In this document: positions 40,901-41,166 of the stretch, in pieces
How positions within the stretch are numbered: the first letter of the stretch is position 1
Layout of the letters: each line of letters begins with the position of its first letter
Translations under genes and position numbers: made by a program
Notes under the pieces: model-generated
What the model was told of the DNA's origin: nothing
Database searches by the model: none
The model's input: only the letters and a program-made list of their open reading frames with translations
Source of the DNA: Spirogloea muscicola
Lineage: Eukaryota
Direction: 5' to 3'
DNA length: 41,166 nt
Assembly: GCA_009602725.1 (NCBI GenBank)
Contig: WELB01000020.1
Span: 50,339 to 91,504, forward strand

Positions 40901-41008
40901 CCTGGCTCTAGATTAACTGGTCGCGCTAGGTCGAGGGCGCCGCCGCCGCCGCCGCCACCCCTCCTAAACCCCGGGCCGCCGCCGGCATCGCTGCCGGCGG
41001 CGCCCGCC

Positions 41009-41166
41009 ATGGGGTCCGCCGCGCGCCGGCCCCCTCCCGGCCTGTCCCTCGCACCCGCCCCCGCCGCAGCTCCCGCCGTCGCCATGCCGCCCGCCGCCGC
41101 CGCCCTCGCCTCCGCCGCCCTGCTCCCCATCGGCCCAATCGCGCTTTCACGGCGCCGCCGTCGAAG
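41009..41166 (+). CDS. Possible N-terminus of a downstream gene (Ala/Pro/Ser/Arg-rich, transit-peptide-like)
   Basis: gccATGG context; the frame MGSAARRPPPGLSLAPAP... stays open to the window end. The GC-rich composition resembles first exons of the other genes. Confidence 0.35.
   Translation, partial: MGSAARRPPPGLSLAPAPAAAPAVAMPPAAAALASAALLPIGPIALSRRRRR

Noticed and set aside
40963..40971. Telo-box-like cctaaaccc
   Set aside because: A single imperfect unit that cannot be distinguished from chance.

Overview
This is eukaryotic, GC-rich, intron-dense genomic DNA. The gene content (BSK kinase, Exo70F-like, PP2A B'', exportin-4) points to a streptophyte, probably an alga; the species cannot be fixed from the sequence alone. 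Eight spliced or partial genes lie in strictly alternating orientation: a bacterial-type GlnT/GmaS-like glutamine-synthetase-family ligase (-), a DUF2358/NTF2-like gene (+), exportin-4 (-), PP2A B'' subunit (+), a DUF4787-like fragment (-), a BSK-like pseudokinase (+), Exo70 (-) and CLPTM1-like (+). A ninth gene possibly starts at the right edge. Intergenic regions at 1-4100, 9445-11000 and 40730-40900 hold nested or tandem 5'-truncated 3' ends of restriction-like-endonuclease (RLE, CRE/Zepp-like) non-LTR retrotransposons, with conserved hairpins and a shared flanking motif. An apparently perfect 3.85-kb zero-spacer palindrome (9169-13018) ends at an N and is probably an assembly artefact. The most interesting signals are the 12-exon GmaS-like ligase lacking the canonical ammonium-binding residues, the promoter-proximal retroelement arrays with their recurring motif, and frequent GC-AG introns. 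All family calls come from motif recognition, not database searches.
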